A stretch of DNA of 62,973 nt, the filler included, from Collodictyon triciliatum (taxonomy: Eukaryota), in assembly GCA_043381765.1 (NCBI GenBank). It is 8 parts of 8 records of this genome, joined end to end, with 100 filler letters (N's around TTAATTAATTAA, not from the genome) between each part and the next. Parts side by side here need not be neighbours in the genome. Positions count along the whole stretch, not along the records: positions 31,522 to 39,309 come from JBHJMP010003741.1; positions 39,410 to 47,196 come from JBHJMP010003742.1; positions 47,297 to 55,083 come from JBHJMP010003743.1; 5 more parts are not named here. One strand, 5' to 3'. Of this stretch, positions 34,601-50,800 are shown piece by piece; the first letter of the stretch is position 1; the number at the start of each line of letters is the position of its first letter. Under the pieces are notes generated by a model, which saw nothing but the letters and a program-made list of their open reading frames with translations, made no database searches and was not told the origin of the DNA. A program made the position numbers and the translations under genes.

Positions 34601-37600
34601 GAGATTTTTCTCTTTTTTTGGTATTGGTATTGATTTGAAAAGATTACCTTCCGAGACAAATCCTAGTTTCCAAACTTCAGATCCATCATGACTGGACAGT
34701 CCGTACGCAGTGCCATATGAAGTAGTCACGAAAAGAACACGATTGAAACCGAATGTATCACGAACCAGTTCCCTTGGATTTAAACAAGAAAAATAACAAA
34801 ACAAGTATCAATATATATATAATTCAAAATAATCAGAATCTCTCAGTAGAAAGTTTCGTATAATTGTAATGACCAGTGCACAAAAGAATTATTAAATATA
34901 TATGTAGAATCGAAATACATTCATAATCACTCTGTTTGTAAGTGGTACTCTGGCACGATCAAATTGAAGTATGAAGGCGAATAGTAGAATATCATTTGAA
35001 ATAAAATAAAAAAAAGCTAATGCGAAACCGGCATCAATAATTACATACTTGCTTTCCGACTTTCTCTGAATCATATCCTGAACCCATTCCTGGTGAATAG
35101 GAAATGCGACAATTAAAGTATTAAATCGATGCAGAAAAAAACATGCTGTAATCAATTATAACATGTAGAAGAATAACTTTCAGCGAATATTATTACACAC
35201 AAATGAATATGATGAAAAAGTAGTATTCAGGAAATGTAGCCAGCCAAAATCAGGAGTGACATACTTTAACTTCAATTATCTGTGTGCTAACTCGCTTATA
35301 GAATGCCAGGAATATCCCAAATATTCCTAAACGCATTCATAAAGTTTGTGAACCATCAGCGATTTAGTCGGCATTATCAAACTCCATATTAAGGCAATAT
35401 ATCACAATACAAAAGTAAGGGTAACAGACCTTGCTCATTTGAGAATTCGGCTGTTAAGAGCTCAACAGTGTGGCGAGAAGCAGGGATATTGAGAATATGG
35501 GTCTAATATTGGTATGGAAAAGATGAAATATTAAATAGTATATATGAGAGAAAACAATAAGGCAATTCACATTGTATTACTATATAAAGTAGATGAATGA
35601 AGTGAGTAACGGAGATATTAGAACAATCTGAACTTATTTCAGTGATGATAGACGAATATAAAAAACCACATACCTTTTTCACATCGGCCAGTGAATCTTC
35701 TCGTCTCCAGATTATTGATGATTCCTAATGTAATTTTACCATCAGAACACATAATTCATAATAATTTTTACATGCATAGAATCATATAATGTATTGGATC
35801 AAGTTAACCGTTTCGTATCATATATGAGTGATATGATAAACAAGAAGAAAAAAAATATCCTACACAAAATGAAAGAAAAATAAAAATAAAAAGAGGAAAA
35901 TATTAAACGAAACGAATCGGTAAATTATATCTACTTTGACAGCAAATATGGAGCCATCCAGACGGACGAATGTGATGGTCGCAGTGGAATCTTCAAAAGA
36001 TGACCCCATGGTGAGGAATGCCTTTTAATAGATAATGATATCATGTGTCATTCAAATGAGAGGAAAAATATTTCCAGTAGATAGTTGGTCTATTATGTTT
36101 CATCATATTACATCACATTATGGTGGTTTCGAAGAACCAGACATTTCTCGATTTCTCTCTTTATTTTTTCCTTTCTTATTTCTTTTATCATAATTATATC
36201 AAACCTTGAAGACTTTGGCCTGGGATGTTGGTGTTGTGAAGATAACCCTAGAGGTTCTTAATTTACCGGATTCACGCTCGTATATGTTCAACTTTGTCTG
36301 ATACTACAACATATTTTCAATTATTTGAGGGTGTTGTCTACTCATGTCAAATTAAACTATCGTAGCATTTGCTCATATTTACCACTTCAACTTCAAAGCC
36401 AAAGAAATGAGTCTTTTCGTTCGAATATGCATACATGCTACTAGTACCAGAGAGCTAATATAATACATAGGTTAGATCCAAAGTATTGCGCAATTTTTTT
36501 GAAAATATCCATCGGCTTTAACTTTATATCGAACACTTAGAAACAAACATAAATATAAGAAGAAGAAAAAAAAGGCTCTTGGAATAGAATTTGGAAGTGA
36601 TGACAAACTCTGTTGGACTTAATCTCGCTTCCTGAGGTCCTGTCCGAGTCTTCAAGGCTAATGACATATGCAAGGCTTGGAGAACATGTCAAAATGAAAG
36701 ATTTTGCTCCTACGAGCCCATCTAACTTGGCTGTCTGGGAGTCTCGGCATACCTGATTAGAAATTGTCAGTTTTATAGTGAAAACAAATATTCGCTCAAA
36801 CTTGTGTGTCTGTGTGTTAGAACCGTTTACTTCTTTTCTTTGAGTTTCGTTATTAATTAGGAATATTTTATTTTCTTTCATTTTTTCTTTTATTGTTAAT
36901 GTGAGTCTATTTTTTTAGGTTTGTGGCACATTTCTTTCATAGAGAAGCTATATAAGATAATGAAATGAAATAATTACAGGGATATCGCGAACCACAAAAG
37001 AATCTTCCTGATTCGAACCAACAGTGATGATTTGGTGGAATTTTCTCGAAAAAATCAGAGACTCTGTTGCGCTCAGCGATAAGATGTCTTCAGGACTCAA
37101 GTCGCTTGAAAGAGCATGGTATTCAATATTGGACGTGGTGAATCGCCCATTGTTATATGATAGCGATACTAAAGCAAGAGTTCCCGTCGAGCTTAAGGTC
37201 AGAACGGAGATTTGGTTTGCAGATGGAGCGAGGTGGGAGAATACATCCACGATGACTTCAGAAAAGCTAGACAAATTTGTTAAAGATTTACAAACAACCG
37301 TTTATTTGGGAAAATGGGTAACAAATTGAATAATATGAGCTAACTCACATTTCGGGTGTCCATTTCCACACTAAGCTGGCGTCAGATAGTTCTCTCAACT
37401 CGACAGAATTACATGCTTTGATCAAAAGCCAGGCCTCTTTATCATTCTTTACGAGTTTGATCTAAAAAAATAATTGGATATGTTAGTTTTGTTACAAACG
37501 TATCTATTTCTTTGATACAGGCATCGCGCTACGTATGTTGGCATGTTGAGCATGTATTGATGTATCTATCTTGATTGAAAAGGCGAGGTTTATAGTTCTT

Positions 37601-38724
37601 GTTCTCTGCAAATGATTTTATTACACAAAGTTTAGGCTACGTAAAGGGATAAGTATGTTTCTTTGAGTAGAATACTACTTTTCCCGGTGAATTTATCAAC
37701 CAACCTTTGGTTGAACAACGGACGAGCTTGACTCAAGATCGCATGTGGTAGGTTGGTCGATTAAGAGAGCGCCATTGGACACCTTCCAAATTCTTAACCG
37801 TTGTCCATTATCCGTCAGCGTGTAAAGAGCTGTAAATGAAATTTTCGTGAACAGATTTCATTAGATTAATTCGATAGAAGAATCATACTTCCTTACGAGA
37901 CGATTGGGTTACATGAGAAAATCCAATATCCCATTCATACTTTTAAAAAAATATTGTCACAGAACAATCAATTGGATGGAAAATTTCTTTACAAATATAA
38001 CTACATTGAAATCATCATTTTCAAGGCAAAGCACATCTTAAACTAAAATAGTATTACTATCTTTCTCTATTATTAAGTTGTCGATGGACTCGTTTTCACC
38101 CAAGACTCGTCTCCAAACTGAATTGGTAGAAATAAAAGGAGAAAGATACAAAAAAAAAATATCGTCAGTGTGATTCAGATTTTGATTTTGGCCCATCAGC
38201 GTAATTATAATATAGTTGCAGACAACAGAATTGCTCTCTAATTATTTATATATTGGTATTAATATAGCGATGATGATATCGTGACCACCTATATTTCCGT
38301 TCTCAGTATCGATCAAAGCCAAGACATTCTTATCAGTGCTGACAATAGCTCCGTGCTTTACTCCTATCACAAACGACATGAAACAACTTAAACAATATAA
38401 TGTTATAGGAATAATCTACTGAGCCATAGAATGTGCCATACATAATTGCATAATTGCATAATTGTATAGTTGGATGATTGTATAGTCGTATAGTTGTTAG
38501 GAGAGCCAAGAAGGTATCCTAGAAAATGCCTCAGAGAGCGGCTCTTATGTTTATCAAAATATTTGTTCACCTGCGCCATTCACCGGCAGAAGCGTCTCGA
38601 CTCTTCCGATGTACGAGCGGAACCAATCAAACTTTCCAGCCTGATCTTCATAAAGGGCCTGGGAGGCCGGCACACCAGCAAAGACAAGCAGGACACAGAG
38701 CGCAGCCAACAGAGAGAGCCTCAT
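31646..38724 (-). CDS. EMC1: ER membrane protein complex subunit 1, 3' truncated, spans an internal gap
   Basis: Signal peptide followed by ALYEDQAGKFDW. Also RDTFGFNRVLFVTTSYG, RILGDRTYLWKYLNPNLL, GPVRVVLSDNWLAYHFWN and LDRRFLDPRRP, all hallmark EMC1 motifs. Confidence 0.93.
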
Positions 38725-39064
38725 GGTTTCTCTGATCGTCTGAATGAAGACTCTCTACCTAGAAAGAGCACATATTACTTCGCATGCAGGTTTCCAAAGT
38801 CCGACCAGAGGTGTCCAGTGGCCTCGGACTCGGAGGTGGGCTGCGTCTGTCAATGTGAATCTGATCTTCTTGGCCAAGCGCACAACCATCACGCTTCGTT
38901 GTGGTTTGATCACTTGCGTTTGTGGTCATACCGTCCAAATATTACCGTATCATTCCCCGAAATTTGGCGCCCACAACCCAGCCTTTCGTTGCGCGTGGCA
39001 TTGTTTGCGTCAAAAAAAGAATAAAAAAAAAATAGTTGGTTCGATGCGGTCCTGAGCTACAGGT

Positions 39065-39309
39065 GCTATATAAAAGTGGGCGGCCTTGGTAGATACCGCT
39101 CTATGATTGGATTGCATCTGTAGGTCCGTGTGCCGTGAGTACCCTCGCTGTTGCATTGTCGTGCAGTTTCTTGATAAGACTGATGAATCCGGCACAGAAG
39201 CCTCTTTTCCGTAGGATGGTTTCCAGTGCTTCGTGGTTCACATAGTCATATGCTTTCTCCAGGTCGTAGAAAATCATAGCGCGGGGTGTCCCGCTTACTT
39301 GATATTCCA
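39065..39309 (-). mobile_element. Degenerate non-LTR retrotransposon (LINE-type) reverse transcriptase fragment
   Basis: Reads AMIFYDLEKAYDYVNHEALETILRKRGF..FISLIKKLHDNATARVLTAHGPTDAIQS*SGIYQGRPL, matching the RT motifs D-x-x-KAF/YD and G-x-x-QG-x-PL. It is intronless and has an in-frame TAG at 39101-39103. Confidence 0.85.
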
Positions 39310-39409
39310 NNNNNNNNNNNNNNNNNNNNNNNNNNNNNNNNNNNNNNNNNNNNTTAATTAATTAANNNNNNNNNNNNNNNNNNNNNNNNNNNNNNNNNNN
39401 NNNNNNNNN
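39310..39409. other. Artificial contig spacer
   Basis: Same 100-nt linker. Confidence 0.97.
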
Positions 39410-39575
39410 ACAACAAAACAACAACAAAACAACAACAAAACAACAACAAAACAACAACAAAACAACAACAAAACAACAACAAAACAACAACAAAACAACA
39501 ACAAAAAACAAAAAATAACAACAAAAAAAACCACAAAATAATAACAAAACAACAACAAAAAAACAAAAAAAAAAC
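39410..39575. repeat. (ACAACAAAACA)n repeat decaying into A/C-rich tract
   Basis: 11-mer tandem repeat at contig start. Confidence 0.9.
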
Positions 39576-39616
39576 CAATATATATATAAATCAAAATGAG
39601 CAAATAATAGAACAGC

Positions 39617-42195
39617 ATGAACCGTAAGTCTCCCCGTCAAACCCCAGCACCACCCATGACCTCCACCGAATCTCATGAAGCAATTTTCCTTGAGAAAGCC
39701 GAGACCAGCACACTCCCTGCAACGAAAATATTGGTTGGGGCGTTACTTGATATGCCACTCATGCCTGACTCCTCCAGAGACATCAGCGTTCTTTTCAGTG
39801 GACCCGAGCAGACGCCGACGTTGCTTCCACCCTCAGCTTTTGAGCAAAGCACACAAAGCACACAAGGCACGGATTCTCCGCCGCCTTCTTCAAAATCAGA
39901 CCGCACGGATGAAGGAAAAGATGATGCTGAGCGACAGCGGAGTTACTCTGCGTTGCATTGGTCCAGTTGGTTCCGGTCGTTCCAGGAGTGGCTGACAGGT
40001 GGTTTGCAGGAGCCGACCCACTTAGAGTGCACACAGGAAAACACAGATTCGCCTGCGATTCATTCCGTGCTGGCTTCACTTGACTTGCTAGATGCACCTT
40101 TATGTGAGCCTTATCAGCAAATTAAAAATGATGTGCCAATCCACGTGACGTCAGAAAACTCTGTTCTGCATCATCTCGTTGAAAAAGAGAAAGATTCTGG
40201 TAAATGTGCACAAATACGGCACAATCGAAGTGCGAACGGACTAAGTCTGCTTCACAAAGGGTCTTTTTCAGAGTCTGAATCGGAGTCCGAGACTGATTTT
40301 GGGCCTCGAACAGTTGTCAATGGCACTCTCCCTGAACTTTACAGGGAAACCGAAATCCCAAGTCGTGATGATTATCGCCAAGATTTTGAGCAGTTGTCTT
40401 TGCAGGGAGACTCTTTTAGTCATCAGGAATTCATGTGCACCGGTGATTCTAGGAGTGTATTCAGTGGGAGAAACAAAAAAGAGTTGAGTTTAGATACCAA
40501 TGTGAAGGCGGACGTGGAATCGAAAGTTTTGGTAAAGACTCAGGATGGATTTACATTGAGTGCGACAGTGTTTGAATCACCTCATGCTTTCCAGGATTCT
40601 CCTATCGCGTGCGTTTTTGTGGTGCATTCTCTCTTTCATGATAGCAGAGCGATTCTCCCAGTTGCTCGTCGGTTCTGCGCTGCTGGATTTCGTGTTGTGA
40701 CTTTTGATGCGCGAGGTGAATTCATATTTATCGAATTGTTCCCAGCTTTTCTCCTCGCTTTTTGTTCCTCCATTCCTCCCTCCTTCGTTCTCTTGTCTAT
40801 TGTCAACTTTCTTGTCAACTGAGATTTATGAAGAAAAATGAAAACACACTTTAGGCGGCGAAGGAATATATTCATTTAGTTACATTGTATTTACTTTATA
40901 AAGTGGTAAATTTATTATTGAATAATACCAAACACTACATTTACGCAGTATACTATTTTTTCTTATGCTCTTTCTGTCTTGCGTTGTGTGCAAAATACCT
41001 AGGACATGGCCAATCCGATGGGGTCAGAGGGCGCATCAACGGAACGGAGTGGCAATGTGACCTTTCTGCTGTCATCAAATCATGTAGTACGGAGCACATA
41101 CCAAACTTTTTATTCGGACACGGTATGGGTGCCTCTGTCGCTTTGGCCTTATGTGCGGCAAAGACCAGTGGCTATCAGAAACCTCCATGCACCTACTTTG
41201 ATGATTACGAGCCCCGTTTGTCTGACTCTCATACACATCTTGATTCCTCAATCATGAACGATACGCTGGCGATAAACGGCATAATTGCTATCTCTCCTTG
41301 GTTTCGTGCATGCCGCCCGGTTCGGTCGTCATCAGCAAACTCTTTGTCTCTTACAAATATGAAGAAAAGTGTGTCGTCTACAAGTCTCAGCAGTATGGGT
41401 AGTTTCTCATCCAATCACCAGCCACTTCCTCCACGTCCTCACTTGATAACACCGGACCCGATCTGTGATATTTCTCCGTACGTGCTCAATTCCAGCCTCA
41501 ATCAAGCTTGGGGCCTGTCTGCAGATGTACTAAGTATGGCTTCTTCGCTAACGCGTCCGATTCTTCTAGTTCATGGAGATGCTGACGAAGTATTATATTG
41601 TCTCTTTAAATCATATTTGTCATTATTTGAGGTTTCCTTTTGTTGCGGTATTTTTTTTTTCATATTCCTTTCAGAACAATGTAAAACCCGCTACTAACTT
41701 TTCCTTACTCAATTTAACCTCTTTGTTTGGCAATATCTATTGCGATAAGTACGCCTCACCGGATGCTACTGAAGAGGTATTTTTTATATGATGTTTTCTT
41801 TGTGTGGGATGGCAAAACTAAACAAAACATTTAAAGGACTTTCACGAATCATTAAACTCTGGATCTGTTGATGTTGCTAGTGTGTAGAATCAGATATATT
41901 CTCTAACCCTGTAATCACAATTCTTATTTCTCCTTTTTTATTTTTATCGATGTCGTGTCAACTATAGTTCTTCGAAGGATACGAAGGGGAGAACAAAACA
42001 CTACACATCTGGCCTGGGACGGGTCATGAACCCAGCAACGAACAGTTGGACGATATTCTGTCGTTGGCTCTCGTCTGGTCATTCCACCAAACTCGTATGA
42101 TATACCAGAACAGGGAAGCTTCCTACATTAATTATGATGAGAAAACGCATGGCCTGGATGTTCGTGACTCTGGTGATTCTCAATCGACGCTATGA
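39617..42195 (+). CDS. Alpha/beta-hydrolase (monoglyceride lipase/Hydrolase_4-like) with long disordered N-terminus; nucleophile Ser absent
   Basis: GFRVVTFDARG/HGQSDGVRG, PNFLFGHGMGASVAL, GIIAISPW, PILLVHGDADE/YASP, IWPGTGHEP. Stop at 42193-42195. Confidence 0.85.
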
Positions 42196-42635
42196 AGTAT
42201 CCCAACAAAGAGCATAGCCTCGAAAAGAAATGTTGTAATTTCTACTGCGGCGTGTATTGACGCGAGATTGTACCGCCACAGCATCGCGCGGTACTCCCCT
42301 TTCAACCTTTGGGTTTCCTGTTCTATAACTCTATCATATAGAGGAGAAAATTATGAAAGCAGGATTCTCTCTTGTTAAACATACGCTTGACTGTATCCCA
42401 ATTTTTTTCATTCCGCTTAATTGTGGATGTTGGTCTCTACCGGGTCTGCGCGTTTATTTTGCACATCATTGATTGGCAAACCAAGAAAGGCCTTCCAGCT
42501 ATTCATCTAGAGAATAAAATATACGTTTTCAATACTTTTTGGTGTGTGTGTATGTGTATGTGCCGGGGATACAACGCTGCAACATCGGTTTATGTAATTT
42601 TGACCGGGTCGATGCCAGTCCCTGAATGAATTATC

Positions 42636-45448
<2,813 letters not shown>

Positions 45449-47196
45449 GAAGTCTGCGGCCTCCTGAAGTTTAACACACGGGTACTTATGTTCGACACCA
45501 TTCTGCTTTGCTCGCTGATTCACAAAAATAAGAAAAACTGGGCCGAATGAATCCGCCACGGAAGTGTGCGTCTTTTCTCGCCTCAGAACACTCATTAGTT
45601 TAAGTCTGACGTGCTTGCCACAATGATGAAGCGGCTGCGTGTCGAGGGAGGCAGAGCCAAAGGTGGGCATGACCGCGTTGTTGGTGAGAGTGAAAGAAGG
45701 GAAAGTGGGGATGTGGGAAAGCGCTCGGTTTGCNNNNNNNNNNNNNNNNNNNNNNNNNNNNNNNNNNNNNNNNNNNNNNNNNNNNNNNNNNNNNNNNNNN
45801 NNNNNNNNNNNNNNNNNNNNNNNNNNNNNNNNNNNNNNNNNNNNNNNNNNNNNNNNNNNNNNNNNNNNNNNNNNNNNNNNNNNNNNNNNNNNNNNNNNNN
45901 NNNNNNNNNNNNNNNNNNNNNNNNNNNNNNNNNNNNNNNNNNNNNNNNNNNNNNNNNNNNNNNNNNNNNNNNNNNNNNNNNNNNNNNNNNNNNNNNNNNN
46001 NNNNNNNNNNNNNNNNNNNNNNNNNNNNNNNNNNNNNNNNNNNNNNNNNNNNNNNNNNNNNNNNNNNNNNNNNNNNNNNNNNNNNNNNNNNNNNNNNNNN
46101 NNNNNNNNNNNNNNNNNNNNNNNNNNNNNNNNNNNNNNNNNNNNNNNNNNNNNNNNNNNNNNNNNNNNNNNNNNNNNNNNNNNNNNNNNNNNNNNNNNNN
46201 NNNNNNNNNNNNNNNNNNNNNNNNNNNNNNNNNNNNNNNNNNNNNNNNNNNNNNNNNNNNNNNNNNNNNNNNNNNNNNNNNNNNNNNNNNNTTATTTATT
46301 ATTTATTATTATTATGTTTTTCTTCATTTCATTTCCCATTACCTATTTCGTTTACAAGACGATTAAAATGGAGGTAAATTCATAAGGGTATTGCGCAATA
46401 TTTCTTTACATATTGGACTGATTGACACAGAAGTCACATGTGTTATAACCCAATCTCAGCCGTGTTTTTCCCTTCTTTTTGCATGTATGGCTCCAGCGTC
46501 CTCAACTTTGAAGGAAAAAGTTCCAAAAGTTGTTGACAAACCAGTCGCATTTCACTCAAGGATAAAGTCGTCAGAATACGGAGCTACTTCAGTCGACTCA
46601 ACGAATCCAAAGACAACTTCAAAGAGATCAGGCTTATCAGGGTTTCGCATTTATAACCAGCACTTAATCATATATAGTAAATAAAAAAAATTTTAAAAAA
46701 AAGACTTAATCACACACATACACATACCTGGCTTATATACATAAGAATCACCTTTTCTTTTTTCTTTAAACTGTATTAAAAGGAAAGCCAACGACTGAAT
46801 GAATAATAGCTGATTTTCAAATTGAAAAAAAAATCGTATATATTGGAGAAAGATGAGATTTTTGAGATATGTTTTGATATTGCATTCTTTCATATGACAT
46901 TCTAGGAACTTACTGGAAAATAGTACCCCATAAATCGTGGGCCTCCTCATATCCCTCAACCTCGGGCATCTGTTATTCCGCCACAATCCGGCGCCGTTCT
47001 ACGCCTGATTCATTCATGTGAATACATTCCAATATCACTGCCTTCTTTCTTGTTTTTTTCACTTTCACTTGGGTGCTTCTGTGTGATGATGGTTTTTAAA
47101 AGAAAAGGAAGAGAAAGCGAATCTTGATACTGTCGATTTGTATCAATCAAGGCAATGCAGAGAGAATAACCAGCTGCGGGTCTGATAAAGTCACTC

Positions 47197-47296
47197 NNNN
47201 NNNNNNNNNNNNNNNNNNNNNNNNNNNNNNNNNNNNNNNNTTAATTAATTAANNNNNNNNNNNNNNNNNNNNNNNNNNNNNNNNNNNNNNNNNNNN
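47197..47296. other. Artificial contig spacer
   Basis: Same 100-nt linker. Confidence 0.97.
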
Positions 47297-47851
47297 GTTT
47301 TGGTGTGGTTGGTGGTGTGGTGGGGGGGGGGGGGGGGGGTGGGGTGGGTCTAATGGGGAAAAAAATATGACGCGAGACCTTTCCTTATCTTTATTCCGTT
47401 TGATATGATTAATTATGGCTTGTGAGAGAATTACGCAAGCGGTAAACGTCTTTAAAATGTGACTTCCACTTGGGGATTGAAAACGTCCATGAGAGATGGA
47501 ATTGCGTATGCGAATATTGCAAGAGCGAGATTTACACGAGTTTTTATTTTATTTTGTTATCATTTTTTTTTTAAAAAAAAGTGATTTTGTCATGAATCAT
47601 GCGGCTTGACGTAGAGTTGACAGAACCATATACATCTCTAACCTACCTCTTCCAGAAAATTTTGAATATTTCAGTAGTTCTGAAAATAAGTTGACGTATT
47701 GTGTTGCTCCTTTATTGTTGTTTTTTTATTTAAAAAAAAAAGGATGAAAGTTGAATCGAATAAAGGAAAAAAGGATGAAAGTTTCTTGCTCTTTTATTAA
47801 ATTGAAAAACTATATATTGTTCTTTTGGTGCTTGCAGCCTTCTAAAGCCGA

Positions 47852-50800
47852 CTAATCCAAATCAGTAAGGCTAATTTCGAGCATATCTCGAAAATGTGGA
47901 CGAGAACTAGAGTCCTCATTCCAGCATCTTTTCATGAAAGAAACAATACTCTTGTCCATGTTCTTACGAAGCTCTGGCCTTAATCCATTCAAAATCAAGA
48001 ACTGTAGAGAAAGAGGGTCTTTCGTCGCGTATGGCAATTCTCTTGTCTCGATTTCCCACAAAAGAATTCCAAAGCTGTAAACATCTGCCTTCTCATTATA
48101 TTTATTTCCCTCTAATATCTGAGTACATGGACACATATAATAATATATTGAGATTATGACATTTATGAGTGCTTTTCGTAGATTTATTTTTTATGAATCA
48201 AAATCATACATTAATTTTATGTGTTTTTTTTTATCAGCTTATGCATGATTATTACCTCTGGTGCCTGGTAGATTAGCGTACCACATTTCGTCATCGTGCG
48301 ATTGCTAACTTTTACACGAGCGAACCCAAAGTCGCATAACTTGCTATGAAAATTCTCGTCCACCTATGAGGGAATTTAGTCACTAAATAGTCGGCAACAC
48401 CAAATTTTATTTTAAACCTTACCAATATATTGGATGATTTAAGGTCTCGATGGAGGATGATTGGGCTTAGAGAGTGTAAGTAATTCATTCCATTGATTAT
48501 ACCGTGGATGACTCTGAGTCTATGAACAGAAGAGAAAAAAATCTGAAATAGGAACTTATTTTTTCTTCGCGTCCAAAGAACTCATTTACTCACTTATTCA
48601 TCTTACTAATATCGACCATTCCGTTTTGTAAAATATTCCGAAGATTTCCTGGCTGAATCAGTTCTGTGATTATCGCAAGATTGGGGAATTCGCCACATGC
48701 CCCTATGAAACTAAGTACGTTGGGGTGCTTCAACTTCCTGCAAAGTGTGATTTGTTCATATATGGTTTAAAATAAATTCGACTGAATTCTGATTATGGTT
48801 TACGAAACAAAAATATAATTAAATCAGTATTTTACATCACCTCATTATAGACACCTCTCCAAAAAACAAGGAAGCTAAGTGCTCAGACATGTTTGGACCA
48901 GTATTGATCTTCTTTATTGCGACTTTTTGACCCTTTTTTTTAACTGTCAACAAGGCACTCTATTTATGATATGTTGGAAAGTAAAATAGAAACTTACTTG
49001 GTATTCACCAGGAAATACTGACCCAAATGACCCACTTCCTATGGCTGATTCACTTATGACTAACAAAGAATAATCTATCTCCCATTCTCTGGCATCCCGC
49101 AGTTTTTCTACAATATCATTTCTATTATTCTTCTTGTATGAAGAAGGGGTTTCTGTTTGACAGGGAACTGTTAAAGCCAAAAAGCCTCGATTCTCTGAAT
49201 TTCTAGTACTGTCGGGAATTATTTCTGGGACACTCGGATGCTTAGAGTCGAGTTCGGAGGAATATTTTGATACCTACAGAAAAATTTTATGATAATTTAT
49301 TGTTGTGCTATTAATTTATTTTTTTTTAAAAAAAAAACGATGTGTAAGTATGGTACTTAATATCGATACTACAGGGGGAAACAATTTGATAAAAGCTAAA
49401 TTGTGCCTTCTCTCCTTCACCACAAAACATGTTACTCATTCAATTATGTGGTATTGACTGAGGTTCAACACCAATGAAATAAAACGATATTTTTGAAATT
49501 TCATACATCACGCGTTGAGAATGGGTTTGATTGTGACCGACGGCATTGTGCATGATAATCCAATCTTCTATAAATCTTCTTAGGACATATCTATAGTTAC
49601 TTATATTTTAATACGCATTTCGTTGCTTGCCATGAGGATTCGTAATAAATAAATAAATAAATTAATAAATAAATAAATAAATAAATATTATTTAAAACAA
49701 TAATTTTAGACAATAATTTAGACCTCATAAAATGATGAATTTTCGCTTAGATTGTGTTGCAACTGAACCGGCTCGATTATGTTATTAATTTTTATTTCAT
49801 CTAAATGTCCACCTATATCCTGTAACATTTTGGAGGTGATTCGTTTTATTATTTAATACATCAAGGAAAATATTTTGTGATTGTGTTGAGTGCTCCCAAC
49901 CTGGTAGCAAGAGTCACTGAAAATGGTTTGTCCCTCCAAACAGAGGCGACTTATTCTAATTGCTTTTGAAATGCACTAAGCATGTCATAATTAGATACAT
50001 TCTACTGCATATTAATCTAAAAATTAAATAAATCTATAAATTGGAGAGATAAACAGCTACTTTTCCTGAGAACTTCAATCTTCTTGTGTCTTCGTCAAGC
50101 TTGCTGGTACATATACCGACATCGACACCCTGTAGTTTTTTAAAATATCTCAAACCCGTTAAATTCAATTTTCTACCATTCAGAAACAAACAAACAAACA
50201 AACAAACAAACAAACAAACAAACAAACAAACAAACAAACAAACAAACAAACAAACAAACAAACAAACAAACAAACAAACAAACAAACAAACAAACGAATA
50301 AATAAATATGGTGGTAAAGAGTATTAAAAGGAACCATATGGAACTTGAATCGAATAAAGGGGAAAAAAAAGGAACCATCTGGACTCGAAGTCCTCTCAAA
50401 TCTCCGCTGGCAGACACAGAACCTTCTTTATGCGCGAGGATTTCTTTCGGCCAGTCAAGTGCATTTAAATGTAGTTGGGTGTCAGAGCAAAACCTTTTAT
50501 TGGAAAGTGAAAATAAGTCTTTTAATTTCTTCTCATATATTAAAACAATAACCAAGAATAAAATATTTAAACCATTTTATCATACCTGATACCATTAATC
50601 GTTTCCTGAAATAGAATGATAAAATTCTCTCCATCATTTTGAGATATATATCCTTGTAGTTTACGACATTCCTGAATTATTAGTCAAATGGTTCATCTTC
50701 ACAAATAAAATCTAATCACAGGGAGAGAAAAACGGAGGTGTTTACTTCCAAAAAAATGGATATTTATTTCTTTACACTCTTGACAATCTTCCGATATAGT

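Noticed and set aside
39038-39068. tRNA-like words next to the LINE fragment (GGTTCGA on plus, GCACCTGTAGCTCAG on minus)
   Set aside because: They lie on opposite strands and no cloverleaf can be built, so there is no support for a tRNA or tRNA-targeted insertion.
45611-46385. Long ORFs spanning N gaps (also 31891-32523 and 59364-59966)
   Set aside because: Their length comes from unknown bases.
47302-47349. G-rich tract as a telomere or G-quadruplex element
   Set aside because: It is an irregular poly-G at a contig edge with no defined telomeric unit, likely low-quality sequence.
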